From the NCBI GenBank assembly GCA_964016885.1, contig OZ024743.1:130634001-130698000 (forward strand): a DNA stretch of 64,000 bases, written 5' to 3'. This DNA comes from Eledone cirrhosa. Taxonomy: Eukaryota. Below the pieces are notes generated by a model. It saw only the letters and a program-made list of their open reading frames with translations. It did not search any database and had not been told where the DNA came from. Positions within the stretch are counted from its first letter, which is position 1. Every line of letters begins with the position of its first letter. Shown here piece by piece: positions 38,101 through 51,291 of the stretch. The translations under genes and the position numbers were made by a program.

Positions 38101-41100
38101 GTGTTTGGTGTTTGGTTCTTGGTGCTTGGTGTTTGGTGTTTGGTGTCTGGTGCTTGGTGCTTGGTGCTTGGTGTTTGGTGCTTGGTGCTTGGTGCTTGGT
38201 GTTTGGTGCTGCGTGCTTGGTGTTTGGTGCTTGGTGCTTGGTGATTAGTGTTTGGTGCTTTGTGTTTGGTGCTTGGTGTTTGGTGCTTGGTGCTTGGTGC
38301 TTAGTGCTTGGTGTTAGGTGTTTGGTGCTTGGTGATTGGTGTTTGATGTTAGGTTCTTGGTGCTTGGTGTTTGGTGTTTGATGCTTGGTGCTTGGTGTTT
38401 GGTGTTTGGTGCTTGGTGCTTGGTGCTTGGTGCTTGGTGTTAGGTGTTTGGTGCTTGGTGCTTGGTGTTTGGTGCTTGGTGCTTTGTGTTTGGTGCTTGG
38501 TGTTTGGTGCTTGGTGCTTGGTGCTTGGTGCTTGGTGTTAGGTGTTTGGTGTTTGGTGATTGGTGTTTGATGTTAGGTTCTTGGTGCTTGGTGTTTGGTG
38601 TTTGGTGCTTGGTGCTTGGTGTTTGGTGTTTGGTGCTTGGTGCTTGGTGCTTGGTGCTTGGTGTTTGGTGTTTGGTGTTTGATGCTTGGTGTTTGCTGCT
38701 TGGTGCTTGGTGATTAGTGTTTGGTGCTTGGTGCTTCGGGTTTGGTGTTTGGGGCTTGGTGTTTGGTGCTTGGTGCTTGCTGTTTGGTGATTGGTGTTTG
38801 GTTCTTGGTGCTTGGTGTTTGGTGTTTGGTGTTTGGTGCTTGGTGCTTGGTGCTTGGTGTTTGGTGCTTGGTGCTTGGTGCTTGGTGTTTGGTGCTGCGT
38901 GCTTGGTGTTTGGTGTTTGGTGCTTGGTGCCTGGTGCCTGTTGTTTGGTGTTTGGTGCTTAGTGCTTGGTGTTTGGTGTTTGGTGCTTGGTGCTTGGTGG
39001 CTGGTGTTTGGTGCTTGGTGTTTGGAGTTTGGTGCTTGGTGCTTGGTGCCTGGTGTTTCGTGCTTGGTGCTTGGTGCTTGGTGTTTGGTGTATGGTGCTT
39101 GGTGTTTGGTGTTTGGTACTTGGTGCTTGGTGCTTGGTGCTTGGTGTTTGGTGTTTGCTGTTTGCTGTTTGGTGTTTGGTGTTTGCTGTTTGGTGTTTGC
39201 TGTTTGGTGTTTGGTGTTTGGTGCTTGCTGTTTGGTGCTTGGTGCTTGGTGTTTGGTGTTTGGTGCTTGGTGCTTGGTGTTTGGTGCTTGGTGCTTGGTG
39301 CTTGGTGTTTGGTGCTTGGTGCTTGGTGCTGGGTGTTTGGTGCTTGGTGCTTGGTGTTTGGTGCTTGGTGCTTGGTGCTTGGTGTTTGGTCCTTGGTGCT
39401 TGGTGCTTGGTCTTTGGTGCTTGGGTTTTGGTGTTTGGTGCTTGGTGCTTGGTCTTTGGTGCTTGGTGCTTGGTGCTTGGTGTTTGGTGCTTGCTGCTTG
39501 GCGCTTGGTTTTTGGTGCTTGGTGCTTGGTGATTAGTGTTTGGTGATTGGTGCTTGGGGTTTGGTGTTTGGGGGCTTGGTGTTTGGTGCGTGGTGCTTGC
39601 TGTTTGGTGTTTGGTGCTGGGTGTTTGGTGCTTGGTGCTTGGTGTTTGGTGCTTGGTGCTTGGTGCTTGGTGCTTGGTGTTTGGTGCCTGGTGCTTGGTG
39701 CTTGGTGCTCGCTGTTTGGTGTTTGGTGTTTGGTTCTTGGTGCTTGGTGTTTGGTGTTTGGTGCTTGGTGCTTGGTGATTAGTGTTTGGTGATTGGTGCT
39801 TGGGGTTTGGTGTTTCGTGCTTGGTGTTTGGTGCTTGGTGCTTGCTGTTTGGTGTTTGATGTTTGGTTCTTGGTGCTTGGTGTTTGGTGTTTGGTGCTTG
39901 GTGCTTGGTGATTGGTGTTTGGTGCTTGGTGCTTGGTGCTTGGTGTTTGGTGCTGCGTGCTTGGTGTTTGGTGTTTGGTGCTTGGTGCCTGGGGCTTGTT
40001 GTTTGGTGTTTGGTGCTTGGTGCTTGGTGCTTGGTGTTAGGTGTTTGGTGCTTGGTGCTTGGTGTTTGATGTTTGGTCCTTGGTGCTTGTTGTTTGGTGT
40101 TTGGTGCTTGGTGCTTGGTGTTTGGTGTTTGGTGCTTGTTGCTTGCTGCTTGGTGTTTGGTGCTTGGTGATTGGTGCTTGGTGTTTTATGCTTGGTGCTT
40201 GGTATTTGGTGCTAGGGGCTTGGTGCTTGATGCTTGGTGTTTGGTGCTTGGTGCTTGCTGTTTGGTGCTTGGTGCTTGGTGCTTGGTGTTTGGTGTATGG
40301 TGTTTGGTGCTTGGTGTTTGGTGCTTGGTGCTTGGTGCTGGGTGGTTGGTGTTTGGTGTTTGGTGCTTGGTGATTGGTGCTTATTGTTTGGTGCTTGGTG
40401 CTTGGTGCTTGGTGCTTGGTCTTTGATGCTTGGTGTTTGGTGTTTGGTGCTTGGTGCTTGGTGCTTGGTGATTAGTGTTTGGTGCTTGGTGCTTAGTGTT
40501 TTGTGCTTGGTGTTTGGTGCTTGGTGCTTGGTGTTTGGTGTTTGGTGCTTGGTGCTTGGGGCTTGGTGTTTGGTGCTTAGTGTTTGGTGCTTGGTGTTTG
40601 GTGCTTGGCGCTTGGTGCTTGGTGTTTGGTGTATGGTGTTTGGTGCTTGGTGCTTGGGGCTTGGTGTTTGGTGCTTAGTGTTTGGTGCTTGGTGCTTGGT
40701 GCTGGGTGGTTGGTGTTTGGTGTTTGGTGCTTGGTGATTGGTGCTTATTGTTTGGTGCTTGGTGCTTGGTGCTTGGTGCTTGGTCTTTGGTGCTTGGTGT
40801 TTGGTGTTTGGTGCTTGGTGCTTGGTGCTTGGTGATTAGTGTTTGGTGCTTGGTGCTTGGTGCCTGGTGCTTGGTGCTTGGTGCTTGTTGTTTGGTGCTT
40901 GGTGCTTGGTGATTAGTGTTTGGTGCTTGGTGCTTGGGGTTTGGTGTTTGGTGCTTGGTGTTTGGTGTTTGGTGCTTGGTGCTTGGTGTTTGGTGCTTGG
41001 TGCTTGGTGTTTGGTGCTTGGTGCTTTGTGTTTGGTGCTTGGTGTTTGGTGCTTGGTGCTTGGTGCTTGGTGCTTGGTGTTAGGTGTTTGGTGCTTGGTG

Positions 41101-41688
41101 ATTGGTGTTTGATGTTAGGTTCTTGGTGCTTGGTGTTTGGTGTTTGGTGCTTGGTGCTTGGTGTTTGGTGTTTGGTGCTTGGTGTTTGGTGCTTGGTGTT
41201 TTGTGTTTGGAGTTTGGTGCTTGGTGTTTGGTGCTTGGTGCTTGGTGCTTGGTGTTTGGTGTTTGGTGTTTGGTGATTGGTGCTTTGTGTTTGGTGCTTG
41301 GTGCTTGGTGCTTGGTTCTTGGTGTTAGGCGTTTGGTGCTTGGAGCTTGGTGTTTGATGTTTGGTCCTTGGTGCTTGGTGTTTGGTATTTGGAGCTTGGT
41401 GCTTGGTGTTTGGTGTTTGGTGCTTGCTGCTTGGTGCTTGGTGTTTGATGTTTGGTCCTTGGTGCTTGGTGTTTGGTGTTGTGTGCTTGGTGCTTGGTGC
41501 TTGGTGTTTGGTGCTTGGTGCTTGGCGCTTGGTGTTTGGCGTTTGCTGTTTGCTGTTTGGTGTTTGGTGTTTGCTGTTTGGTGTTTGCTGTTTGGTATTT
41601 GGTGTTTGGTGCTTGGTGCTTGGTGTTTGGTGCTTGGTGCTTGGTGCTTGGTGTTTGGTCCTTGGTGCTTGGTGCTTGGTCTTTGGTG
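29000..41688. repeat. Tandem duplication with ~6.4-kb period (mostly 6399; locally 6231, 6406, 6434)
   Basis: ORFs 30097/36496, 32318/38717 and 34703/41102 are offset by 6399; TTTGGGGG 33133/39567. The first ~1.2 kb of each copy is more diverged. Confidence 0.85.
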
Positions 41689-44600
41689 CTTGGGTTTTGG
41701 TGTTTGGTGCTTGGTGCTTGGTGTTTGGTGCTTGGTGCTTGGTGCTTGGTGCTTGGTGTTTGGTGCTTGCTGTTTGGTGCTTGGTGTTTGGTGCTTGGTG
41801 CTTGGTGATTAGTGTTTGGTGCTTGGTGCTTCGGGTTTGGTGTTTGGGGCTTGGTGTTTGGTGCTTGGTGCTTGCTGTTTGGTGATTGGTGTTTGGTTCT
41901 TGGTGCTTGGTGTTTGGTGTTTGGTGTTTGGTGCTTGGTGCTTGGTGCTTGGTGTTTGGTGCTTGGTGCTTGGTGCTTGGTGTTTGGTGCTGCGTGCTTG
42001 GTGTTTGGTGTTTGGTGCTTGGTGCCTGGTGCCTGTTGTTTGGTGTTTGGTGCTTAGTGCTTGGTGTTTGGTGTTTGGTGCTTGGTGCTTGGTGGCTGGT
42101 GTTTGGTGCTTGGTGTTTGGAGTTTGGTGCTTGGTGCTTGGTGCCTGGTGTTTCGTGCTTGGTGCTTGGTGCTTGGTGTTTGGTGTATGGTGCTTGGTGT
42201 TTGGTGTTTGGTACTTGGTGCTTGGTGCTTCTTGCTTGGTGTTTGGTGCTTGGTGTTTGATGCTGCGTGCTTGGTGTTTGGTGTTTGGTGCTTGGTGCTT
42301 GGTGTTTGGTGTTTGGAGCTTGGTGCCTGGTGCTTGTTGTTTGGTGTTTGGCGCTTGGTGCTTGGTGTTTGGTGTTTGGTGCTTGGTGCTTGGTGCTTGG
42401 TGCTTGGTATCTGGTGTTTGGTGCTTGATGTTTGGTGTTTGGTGCTTGGTGTTTGGTGTTTGGTGCTTGGTGCTTGGTGTTTGGTGCTTGGTGTTTGGTG
42501 CTTGGTGTTTGATGCTTGGCGTTTGCTGCTTGGTGCTTGGTGCTTGGTGTTTTGTGTTTGGTGCTTGGTGCTTGGTGCCTGGTGCTTGGTGCTTGGTGCT
42601 TGTTGTTTGGTGCTTGGTGCTTGGTGATTAGTGTTTGTTGCTTGGTGCTTGCGGTTTGGTGTTTGGTGCTTGGAGTTTGGTGTTTGGTGCTTGGTGCTTG
42701 GTGTTTGGTGCTTGGTGCTTGGTGCTTGGTGTTTGGTGCTTGGTGCTTGGTGTTTGGTGCTTGGTGCTTGGTGTTTGGTGTTTGGCGTTTGCTGTTTGCT
42801 GTTTGGTGTTTGGTGTTTGCTGTTTGGTGTTTGCTGTTTGGTGTTTGGTGTTTGGTGCTTGCTGTTTGGTGCTTGGTGCTTGGTGTTTGGTGTTTGGTGT
42901 TTGGTGCTTGGTGCTTGGTGTTTGGTGCTTGGTGCTTGGTGCTGGGTGTTTGGTGCTTGGTGCTTGGTGTTTGGTTGTTGATGCTTGGTGCTTGGTGTTT
43001 GGTCCTTGGTGCTTGGTGCTTGGTCTTTGGTGCTTGGGTTTTGGTGTTTGGTGCTTGGTGCTTGGTGTTTGGTGCTTGGTTCTTGGTGCTTGGTGCTTGG
43101 TGTTTGGTGATTGCTGCTTGGTGCTTGGTGTTTGGTGCTTGGTGCTTGGTGATTAGTGTTTGGTGATTGGTGCTTGGGGTTTGCTGTTTGGTGCTTGGTG
43201 TTTGGTGCTTGGTGCTTGCTGTTTGGTGTTTGGTGTTTGGTTCTTGGTGCTTGGTGTTTGGTGTTTGGTGTTTGGTGCTTGGTGCTTAGTGCTTGGTGTT
43301 TGGTGCTTGGTGCTTGGTGCTTGGTGTTTGGTGCTGCGTGCTTGGTGTTTGGTGTTTGGTGCTTGGTGCCTGGTGCTTGTTGTTTGGTGTTTGGTGCTTA
43401 GTGCATGGTGTTTGGTGTTTGGTGCTTGGTGCTTGGTGGCTGGTGCTTGGTGCTTGGTGTTTGGAGTTTGGTGCTTGGTGCTTGGTGCCTGGTGTTTCGT
43501 GCTTGGTGCTTGGTGCTTGGTGTTTGGTGTTTGGTGCTTGGTGTTTGGTGTTTGGTTCTTGGTGCTTGGTGTTTGGTGTTTGGAGCTTGGTGCCTGCTGC
43601 TTGTTGTTTGGTGTTTGGTGCTTGATGTTTGGTGTTTGTTGCTTGGTGCTTGGTGCTTGGTGTTTGGTGTTTGGTGCTTGGTGCTTGGTGTTTGGAGCTT
43701 GGTGTTTGGTGTTTGGTGTTTGATGCTTGGTGTTTGCTGCTTGGTGCTTGGTGCTTGGTGTTTTGTGTTTGGTGCTTGGTGCTTGGTGCCTGGTGCTTGG
43801 TGCTTGGTGCTTGTTGTTTGGTGCTTGGTGCTTGGTGATTAGTGTTTGGTGCTTGGTGCTTGCGGTTTGATGTTTGGTGCTTGGGGTTTGGTGTTTGGTG
43901 CTTGGTGCTTGGTGTTTGGTGCTTGGTGCTTGGTGCTTGGTGTTTGGTGCTTGGTGCTTGGTGTTTGGTGCTTGGTGCTTGGTGTTTGGTGCTTGGTGTT
44001 TGGTGCTTGGTGCTTGGTGCTTGGTGCTTGGTGTTAGGTGTTTGGTGCTTGGTGCTTGGTGTTTGATGTTTGGTCCTTGGTGCTTGGTGTTTGGTGTTTG
44101 GTGCTTGGTGCTTGGTGTTTGGTGTTTAGTGCTTGCTGCTTGCTGCTTGGTGTTTGGTGCTTGGTGATTGGTGCTTGGTGTTTTGTGCTTGGTGCTTGGT
44201 GTTTGGTGTTTGGTGCTAGGGGCTTGGTGCTTGGTGCTTGGTGTTTGGTGCTTGGTGCTTGCTGTTTGGTGTTTGGTGCTTGGTGCGTGGGACTTAGTGT
44301 TTGGTGTTTGGTGCTTGGTGTTGGGTGCTTGGTGTTTGGTGCTTGGTGTTTGGGGCTTCGTGTTCGGTGCTTGGTGCTTGGTGCTTGGGGCTTGGTGTTT
44401 GGTGTTTGGTGCTTGGTGCTTGGTGTTTGATGTTGGGTCCTTGGTGCTTGGTGTTTGGTGTTTGGTGCTTGGTGTTTGGTGTTTGGTGCTTGGTGCTTGG
44501 TGTTTGGTGTTTGGTGCTTGGTGCTTGGGGCTTGGTGATTGGTGCTTCTGCTTGGGGCTTGCTAGTTGGTGCTTGGTGCTTGGTGCCTGGTGTTTGGTGT

Positions 44601-47600
44601 TTGGTGTTTGGTGCTTGGTGTATGGTGCTTGGTGCTTGGTGCTGGGTGGTTGGTGTTTGGTGCTTGGTGCTTGGTGTTTGGTGCTTGGTGCTTGGTGCTT
44701 GTTGTTTGGTGCTTGGTGCTTGGTGCTTGGTCTTTGGTGCATGGTGTTTGGTGTTTGGCGCTTGGTGCTTGGTGCTTCGTGATTGGTGCTTGGTGCTTGG
44801 TGCTTGGTGTTTGGTGCTTGGTGTTTGGTGATTAGTGTTTGTTGCTTGGTGCTTGGGGTTTGGTGGTTGGTGCTTGGTGCTTGGTGTTTGGTGTTTGCTG
44901 TTTGGTGTCTGCATTTTGGTGTTTGGTGTTTGCTGTATGGTGTTTGCTGTTTCGTATTTGGTTTTTGCTGTTTGGTGTTTGGTGTTTGCTGTTTGGTGTT
45001 TGGTGTTTGGTGTTTGGTGCTTGGTGCTTGGTGTTTGGCGTTTGGTGCTTGGTGCTTGGTGTTTGGTGCTTGGTGCTTGGTGTTTGGTGTTTGGTGCTTG
45101 GTGCCTGGTGCTTGTTGTATGGTGTTTGGTGCTTGGTGCTTGGTGTTTGGAGTTTGGTGCTTGGTGCTTGGTGCCTGGTGTTTCGTGCTTGGTGCTTGGT
45201 GCTTGGTGTTTGGTGTATGGTGCTTGGTGTTTGGTGTTTGGTACTTGGTGCTTGGTGCTTGGTGCTTGGTGTTTGGTGTTTGCTGTTTGCTGTTTGGTGT
45301 TTGGTGTTTGCTGTTTGGTGTTTGCTGTTTGGTGTTTGGTGTTTGGTGCTTGCTGTTTGGTGCTTGGTGCTTGGTGTTTGGTGTTTGGTGCTTGGTGCTT
45401 GGTGTTTGGTGCTTGGTGCTTGGTGCTTGGTGTTTGGTGCTTGGTGCTTGGTGCTGGGTGTTTGGTGCTTGGTGCTTGGTGTTTGGTGCTTGGTGCTTGG
45501 TGCTTGGTGTTTGGTCCTTGGTGCTTGGTGCTTGGTCTTTGGTGCTTGGGTTTTGGTGTTTGGTGCTTGGTGCTTGGTCTTTGGTGCTTGGTGCTTGGTG
45601 CTTGGTGTTTGGTGCTTGCTGCTTGGCGCTTGGTTTTTGGTGCTTGGTGCTTGGTGATTAGTGTTTGGTGATTGGTGCTTGGGGTTTGGTGTTTGGGGGC
45701 TTGGTGTTTGGTGCGTGGTGCTTGCTGTTTGGTGTTTGGTGCTGGGTGTTTGGTGCTTGGTGCTTGGTGTTTGGTGCTTGGTGCTTGGTGCTTGGTGCTT
45801 GGTGTTTGGTGCCTGGTGCTTGGTGCTTGGTGCTCGCTGTTTGGTGTTTGGTGTTTGGTTCTTGGTGCTTGGTGTTTGGTGTTTGGTGCTTGGTGCTTGG
45901 TGCTTGGTGTTTGGTGCTTGGTGCTTGGTGATTAGTGTTTGGTGATTGGTGCTTGGGGTTTGGTGTTTCGTGCTTGGTGTTTGGTGCTTGGTGCTTGCTG
46001 TTTGGTGTTTGGTGTTTGGTTCTTGGTGCTTGGTGTTTGGTGTTTGGTGCTTGGTGCTTGGTGATTGGTGTTTGGTGCTTGGTGCTTGGTGCTTGGTGTT
46101 TGGTGCTGCGTGCTTGGTGTTTGGTGTTTGGTGCTTGGTGCCTGGGGCTTGTTGTTTGGTGTTTGGTGCTTGGTGCTTGGTGCTTGGTGTTAGGTGTTTG
46201 GTGCTTGGTGCTTGGTGTTTGATGTTTGGTCCTTGGTGCTTGTTGTTTGGTGTTTGGTGCTTGGTGCTTGGTGTTTGGTGTTTGGTGCTTGCTGCTTGCT
46301 GCTTGGTGTTTGGTGCTTGGTGATTGGTGCTTGGTGTTTTATGCTTGGTGCTTGGTATTTGGTGCTAGGGGCTTGGTGCTTGATGCTTGGTGTTTGGTGC
46401 TTGGTGCTTGCTGTTTGGTGCTTGGTGCTTGGTGCTTGGTGTTTGGTGTATGGTGTTTGGTGCTTGGTGTTTGGTGCTTGGTGCTTGGTGCTGGGTGGTT
46501 GGTGTTTGGTGTTTGGTGCTTGGTGATTGGTGCTTATTGTTTGGTGCTTGGTGCTTGGTGCTTGGTGCTTGGTCTTTGATGCTTGGTGTTTGGTGTTTGG
46601 TGCTTGGTGCTTGGTGCTTGGTGATTAGTGTTTGGTGCTTGGTGCTTAGTGTTTTGTGCTTGGTGTTTGGTGCTTGGTGCTTGGTGTTTGGTGTTTGGTG
46701 CTTGGTGCTTGGGGCTTGGTGTTTGGTGCTTAGTGTTTGGTGCTTGGTGTTTGGTGCTTGGCGCTTGGTGCTTGGTGTTTGGTGTATGGTGTTTGGTGCT
46801 TGGTGCTTGGGGCTTGGTGTTTGGTGCTTAGTGTTTGGTGCTTGGTGCTTGGTGCTGGGTGGTTGGTGTTTGGTGTTTGGTGCTTGGTGATTGGTGCTTA
46901 TTGTTTGGTGCTTGGTGCTTGGTGCTTGGTGCTTGGTGCTTGGTCTTTGGTGCTTGGTGTTTGGTGTTTGGTGCTTGGTGCTTGGTGCTTGGTGATTAGT
47001 GTTTGGTGCTTGGTGCTTGGTGCCTGGTGCTTGGTGCTTGGTGCTTGTTGTTTGGTGCTTGGTGCTTGGTGATTAGTGTTTGGTGCTTGGTGCTTGGGGT
47101 TTGGTGTTTGGTGCTTGGTGTTTGGTGTTTGGTGCTTGGTGCTTGGTGTTTGGTGCTTGGTGCTTGGTGTTTGGTGCTTGGTGCTTTGTGTTTGGTGCTT
47201 GGTGTTTGGTGCTTGGTGCTTGGTGCTTGGTGCTTGGTGTTAGGTGTTTGGTGCTTGGTGATTGGTGTTTGATGTTAGGTTCTTGGTGCTTGGTGTTTGG
47301 TGTTTGGTGCTTGGTGCTTGGTGTTTGGTGTTTGGTGCTTGGTGTTTGGTGCTTGGTGTTTTGTGTTTGGAGTTTGGTGCTTGGTGTTTGGTGCTTGGTG
47401 CTTGGTGCTTGGTGTTTGGTGTTTGGTGTTTGGTGATTGGTGCTTTGTGTTTGGTGCTTGGTGCTTGGTGCTTGGTTCTTGGTGTTAGGCGTTTGGTGCT
47501 TGGAGCTTGGTGTTTGATGTTTGGTCCTTGGTGCTTGGTGTTTGGTATTTGGAGCTTGGTGCTTGGTGTTTGGTGTTTGGTGCTTGCTGCTTGGTGCTTG

Positions 47601-50600
47601 GTGTTTGATGTTTGGTCCTTGGTGCTTGGTGTTTGGTGTTGTGTGCTTGGTGCTTGGTGCTTGGTGTTTGGTGCTTGGTGCTTGGCGCTTGGTGTTTGGC
47701 GTTTGCTGTTTGCTGTTTGGTGTTTGGTGTTTGCTGTTTGGTGTTTGCTGTTTGGTATTTGGTGTTTGGTGCTTGGTGCTTGGTGTTTGGTGCTTGGTGC
47801 TTGGTGCTTGGTGTTTGGTCCTTGGTGCTTGGTGCTTGGTCTTTGGTGCTTGGGTTTTGGTGTTTGGTGCTTGGTGCTTGGTGTTTGGTGCTTGGTGCTT
47901 GGTGCTTGGTGCTTGGTGTTTGGTGCTTGCTGTTTGGTGCTTGGTGTTTGGTGCTTGGTGCTTGGTGATTAGTGTTTGGTGCTTGGTGCTTCGGGTTTGG
48001 TGTTTGGGGCTTGGTGTTTGGTGCTTGGTGCTTGCTGTTTGGTGATTGGTGTTTGGTTCTTGGTGCTTGGTGTTTGGTGTTTGGTGTTTGGTGCTTGGTG
48101 CTTGGTGCTTGGTGTTTGGTGCTTGGTGCTTGGTGCTTGGTGTTTGGTGCTGCGTGCTTGGTGTTTGGTGTTTGGTGCTTGGTGCCTGGTGCCTGTTGTT
48201 TGGTGTTTGGTGCTTAGTGCTTGGTGTTTGGTGTTTGGTGCTTGGTGCTTGGTGGCTGGTGTTTGGTGCTTGGTGTTTGGAGTTTGGTGCTTGGTGCTTG
48301 GTGCCTGGTGTTTCGTGCTTGGTGCTTGGTGCTTGGTGTTTGGTGTATGGTGCTTGGTGTTTGGTGTTTGGTACTTGGTGCTTGGTGCTTCTTGCTTGGT
48401 GTTTGGTGCTTGGTGTTTGATGCTGCGTGCTTGGTGTTTGGTGTTTGGTGCTTGGTGCTTGGTGTTTGGTGTTTGGAGCTTGGTGCCTGGTGCTTGTTGT
48501 TTGGTGTTTGGCGCTTGGTGCTTGGTGTTTGGTGTTTGGTGCTTGGTGCTTGGTGCTTGGTGCTTGGTATCTGGTGTTTGGTGCTTGATGTTTGGTGTTT
48601 GGTGCTTGGTGTTTGGTGTTTGGTGCTTGGTGCTTGGTGTTTGGTGCTTGGTGTTTGGTGCTTGGTGTTTGATGCTTGGCGTTTGCTGCTTGGTGCTTGG
48701 TGCTTGGTGTTTTGTGTTTGGTGCTTGGTGCTTGGTGCCTGGTGCTTGGTGCTTGGTGCCTGGTGCTTGGTGCTTGGTGCTTGTTGTTTGGTGCTTGGTG
48801 CTTGGTGATTAGTGTTTGTTGCTTGGTGCTTGCGGTTTGGTGTTTGGTGCTTGGAGTTTGGTGTTCGGTGCTTGGTGCTTGGTGTTTGGTGCTTGGTGCT
48901 TGGTGCTTGGTGTTTGGTGCTTGGTGCTTGGTGTTTGGTGCTTGGTGCTTGGTGTTTGGTGTTTGGCGTTTGCTGTTTGCTGTTTGGTGTTTGGTGTTTG
49001 CTGTTTGGTGTTTGCTGTTTGGTGTTTGGTGTTTGGTGCTTGCTGTTTGGTGCTTGGTGCTTGGTGTTTGGTGTTTGGTGTTTGGTGCTTGGTGCTTGGT
49101 GTTTGGTGCTTGGTGCTTGGTGCTGGGTGTTTGGTGCTTGGTGCTTGGTGTTTGGTTGTTGGTGCTTGGTGCTTGGTGTTTGGTCCTTGGTGCTTGGTGC
49201 TTGGTCTTTGGTGCTTGGGTTTTGGTGTTTGGTGCTTGGTGCTTGGTGTTTGGTGCTTGGTTCTTGGTGCTTGGTGCTTGGTGTTTGGTGATTGCTGCTT
49301 GGTGCTTGGTGTTTGGTGCTTGGTGCTTGGTGATTAGTGTTTGGTGATTGGTGCTTGGGGTTTGCTGTTTGGTGCTTGGTGTTTGGTGCTTGGTGCTTGC
49401 TGTTTGGTGTTTGGTGTTTGGTTCTTGGTGCTTGGTGTTTGGTGTTTGGTGTTTGGTGCTTGGTGCTTAGTGCTTGGTGTTTGGTGCTTGGTGCTTGGTG
49501 CTTGGTGTTTGGTGCTGCGTGCTTGGTGTTTGGTGTTTGGTGCTTGGTGCCTGGTGCTTGTTGTTTGGTGTTTGGTGCTTAGTGCATGGTGTTTGGTGTT
49601 TGGTGCTTGGTGCTTGGTGGCTGGTGCTTGGTGCTTGGTGTTTGGAGTTTGGTGCTTGGTGCTTGGTGCCTGGTGTTTCGTGCTTGGTGCTTGGTGCTTG
49701 GTGTTTGGTGTTTGGTGCTTGGTGTTTGGTGTTTGGTTCTTGGTGCTTGGTGTTTGGTGTTTGGAGCTTGGTGCCTGCTGCTTGTTGTTTGGTGTTTGGT
49801 GCTTGATGTTTGGTGTTTGTTGCTTGGTGCTTGGTGCTTGGTGTTTGGTGTTTGGTGTTTGGTGCTTGGTGCTTGGTGTTTGGAGCTTGGTGTTTGGTGT
49901 TTGGTGTTTGATGCTTGGTGTTTGCTGCTTGGTGCTTGGTGCTTGGTGTTTTGTGTTTGGTGCTTGGTGCTTGGTGCCTGGTGCTTGGTGCTTGGTGCTT
50001 GTTGTTTGGTGCTTGGTGCTTGGTGATTAGTGTTTGGTGCTTGGTGCTTGCGGTTTGATGTTTGGTGCTTGGGGTTTGGTGTTTGGTGCTTGGTGCTTGG
50101 TGTTTGGTGCTTGGTGCTTGGTGCTTGGTGTTTGGTGCTTGGTGCTTGGTGTTTGGTGCTTGGTGCTTGGTGTTTGGTGCTTGGTGTTTGGTGCTTGGTG
50201 CTTGGTGCTTGGTGCTTGGTGTTAGGTGTTTGGTGCTTGGTGCTTGGTGTTTGATGTTTGGTCCTTGGTGCTTGGTGTTTGGTGTTTGGTGCTTGGTGCT
50301 TGGTGTTTGGTGTTTAGTGCTTGCTGCTTGCTGCTTGGTGTTTGGTGCTTGGTGATTGGTGCTTGGTGTTTTGTGCTTGGTGCTTGGTGTTTGGTGTTTG
50401 GTGCTAGGGGCTTGGTGCTTGGTGCTTGGTGTTTGGTGCTTGGTGCTTGCTGTTTGGTGTTTGGTGCTTGGTGCGTGGGACTTAGTGTTTGGTGTTTGGT
50501 GCTTGGTGTTGGGTGCTTGGTGTTTGGTGCTTGGTGTTTGGGGCTTCGTGTTCGGTGCTTGGTGCTTGGTGCTTGGGGCTTGGTGTTTGGTGTTTGGTGC

Positions 50601-51291
50601 TTGGTGCTTGGTGTTTGATGTTGGGTCCTTGGTGCTTGGTGTTTGGTGTTTGGTGCTTGGTGTTTGGTGTTTGGTGCTTGGTGCTTGGTGTTTGGTGTTT
50701 GGTGCTTGGTGCTTGGGGCTTGGTGATTGGTGCTTCTGCTTGGGGCTTGCTAGTTGGTGCTTGGTGCTTGGTGCCTGGTGTTTGGTGTTTGGTGTTTGGT
50801 GCTTGGTGTATGGTGCTTGGTGCTTGGTGCTGGGTGGTTGGTGTTTGGTGCTTGGTGCTTGGTGTTTGGTGCTTGGTGCTTGGTGCTTGTTGTTTGGTGC
50901 TTGGTGCTTGGTGCTTGGTCTTTGGTGCATGGTGTTTGGTGTTTGGCGCTTGGTGCTTGGTGCTTCGTGATTGGTGCTTGGTGCTTGGTGCTTGGTGTTT
51001 GGTGCTTGGTGTTTGGTGATTAGTGTTTGTTGCTTGGTGCTTGGGGTTTGGTGGTTGGTGCTTGGTGCTTGGTGTTTGGTGTTTGCTGTTTGGTGTCTGC
51101 TTTTTGGTGTTTGGTGTTTGCTGTATGGTGTTTGCTGTTTCGTATTTGGTTTTTGCTGTTTGGTGTTTGGTGTTTGCTGTTTGGTGTTTGGTGTTTGGTG
51201 TTTGGTGCTTGGTGCTTGGTGTTTGGCGTTTGGTGCTTGGTGCTTGGTGTTTGGTGCTTGGTGCTTGGTGTTTGGTGTTTGGTGCTTGGTG
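39014..51291. repeat. Tandem duplication with ~6.15-kb period (offset steps 6125, 6153, 6160, 6181, 6188)
   Basis: ORFs 39536/45661, 39793/45946, 41812/47972, 42631/48812 and 43842/50030; CTTCTG 44545/50733. Confidence 0.88.
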
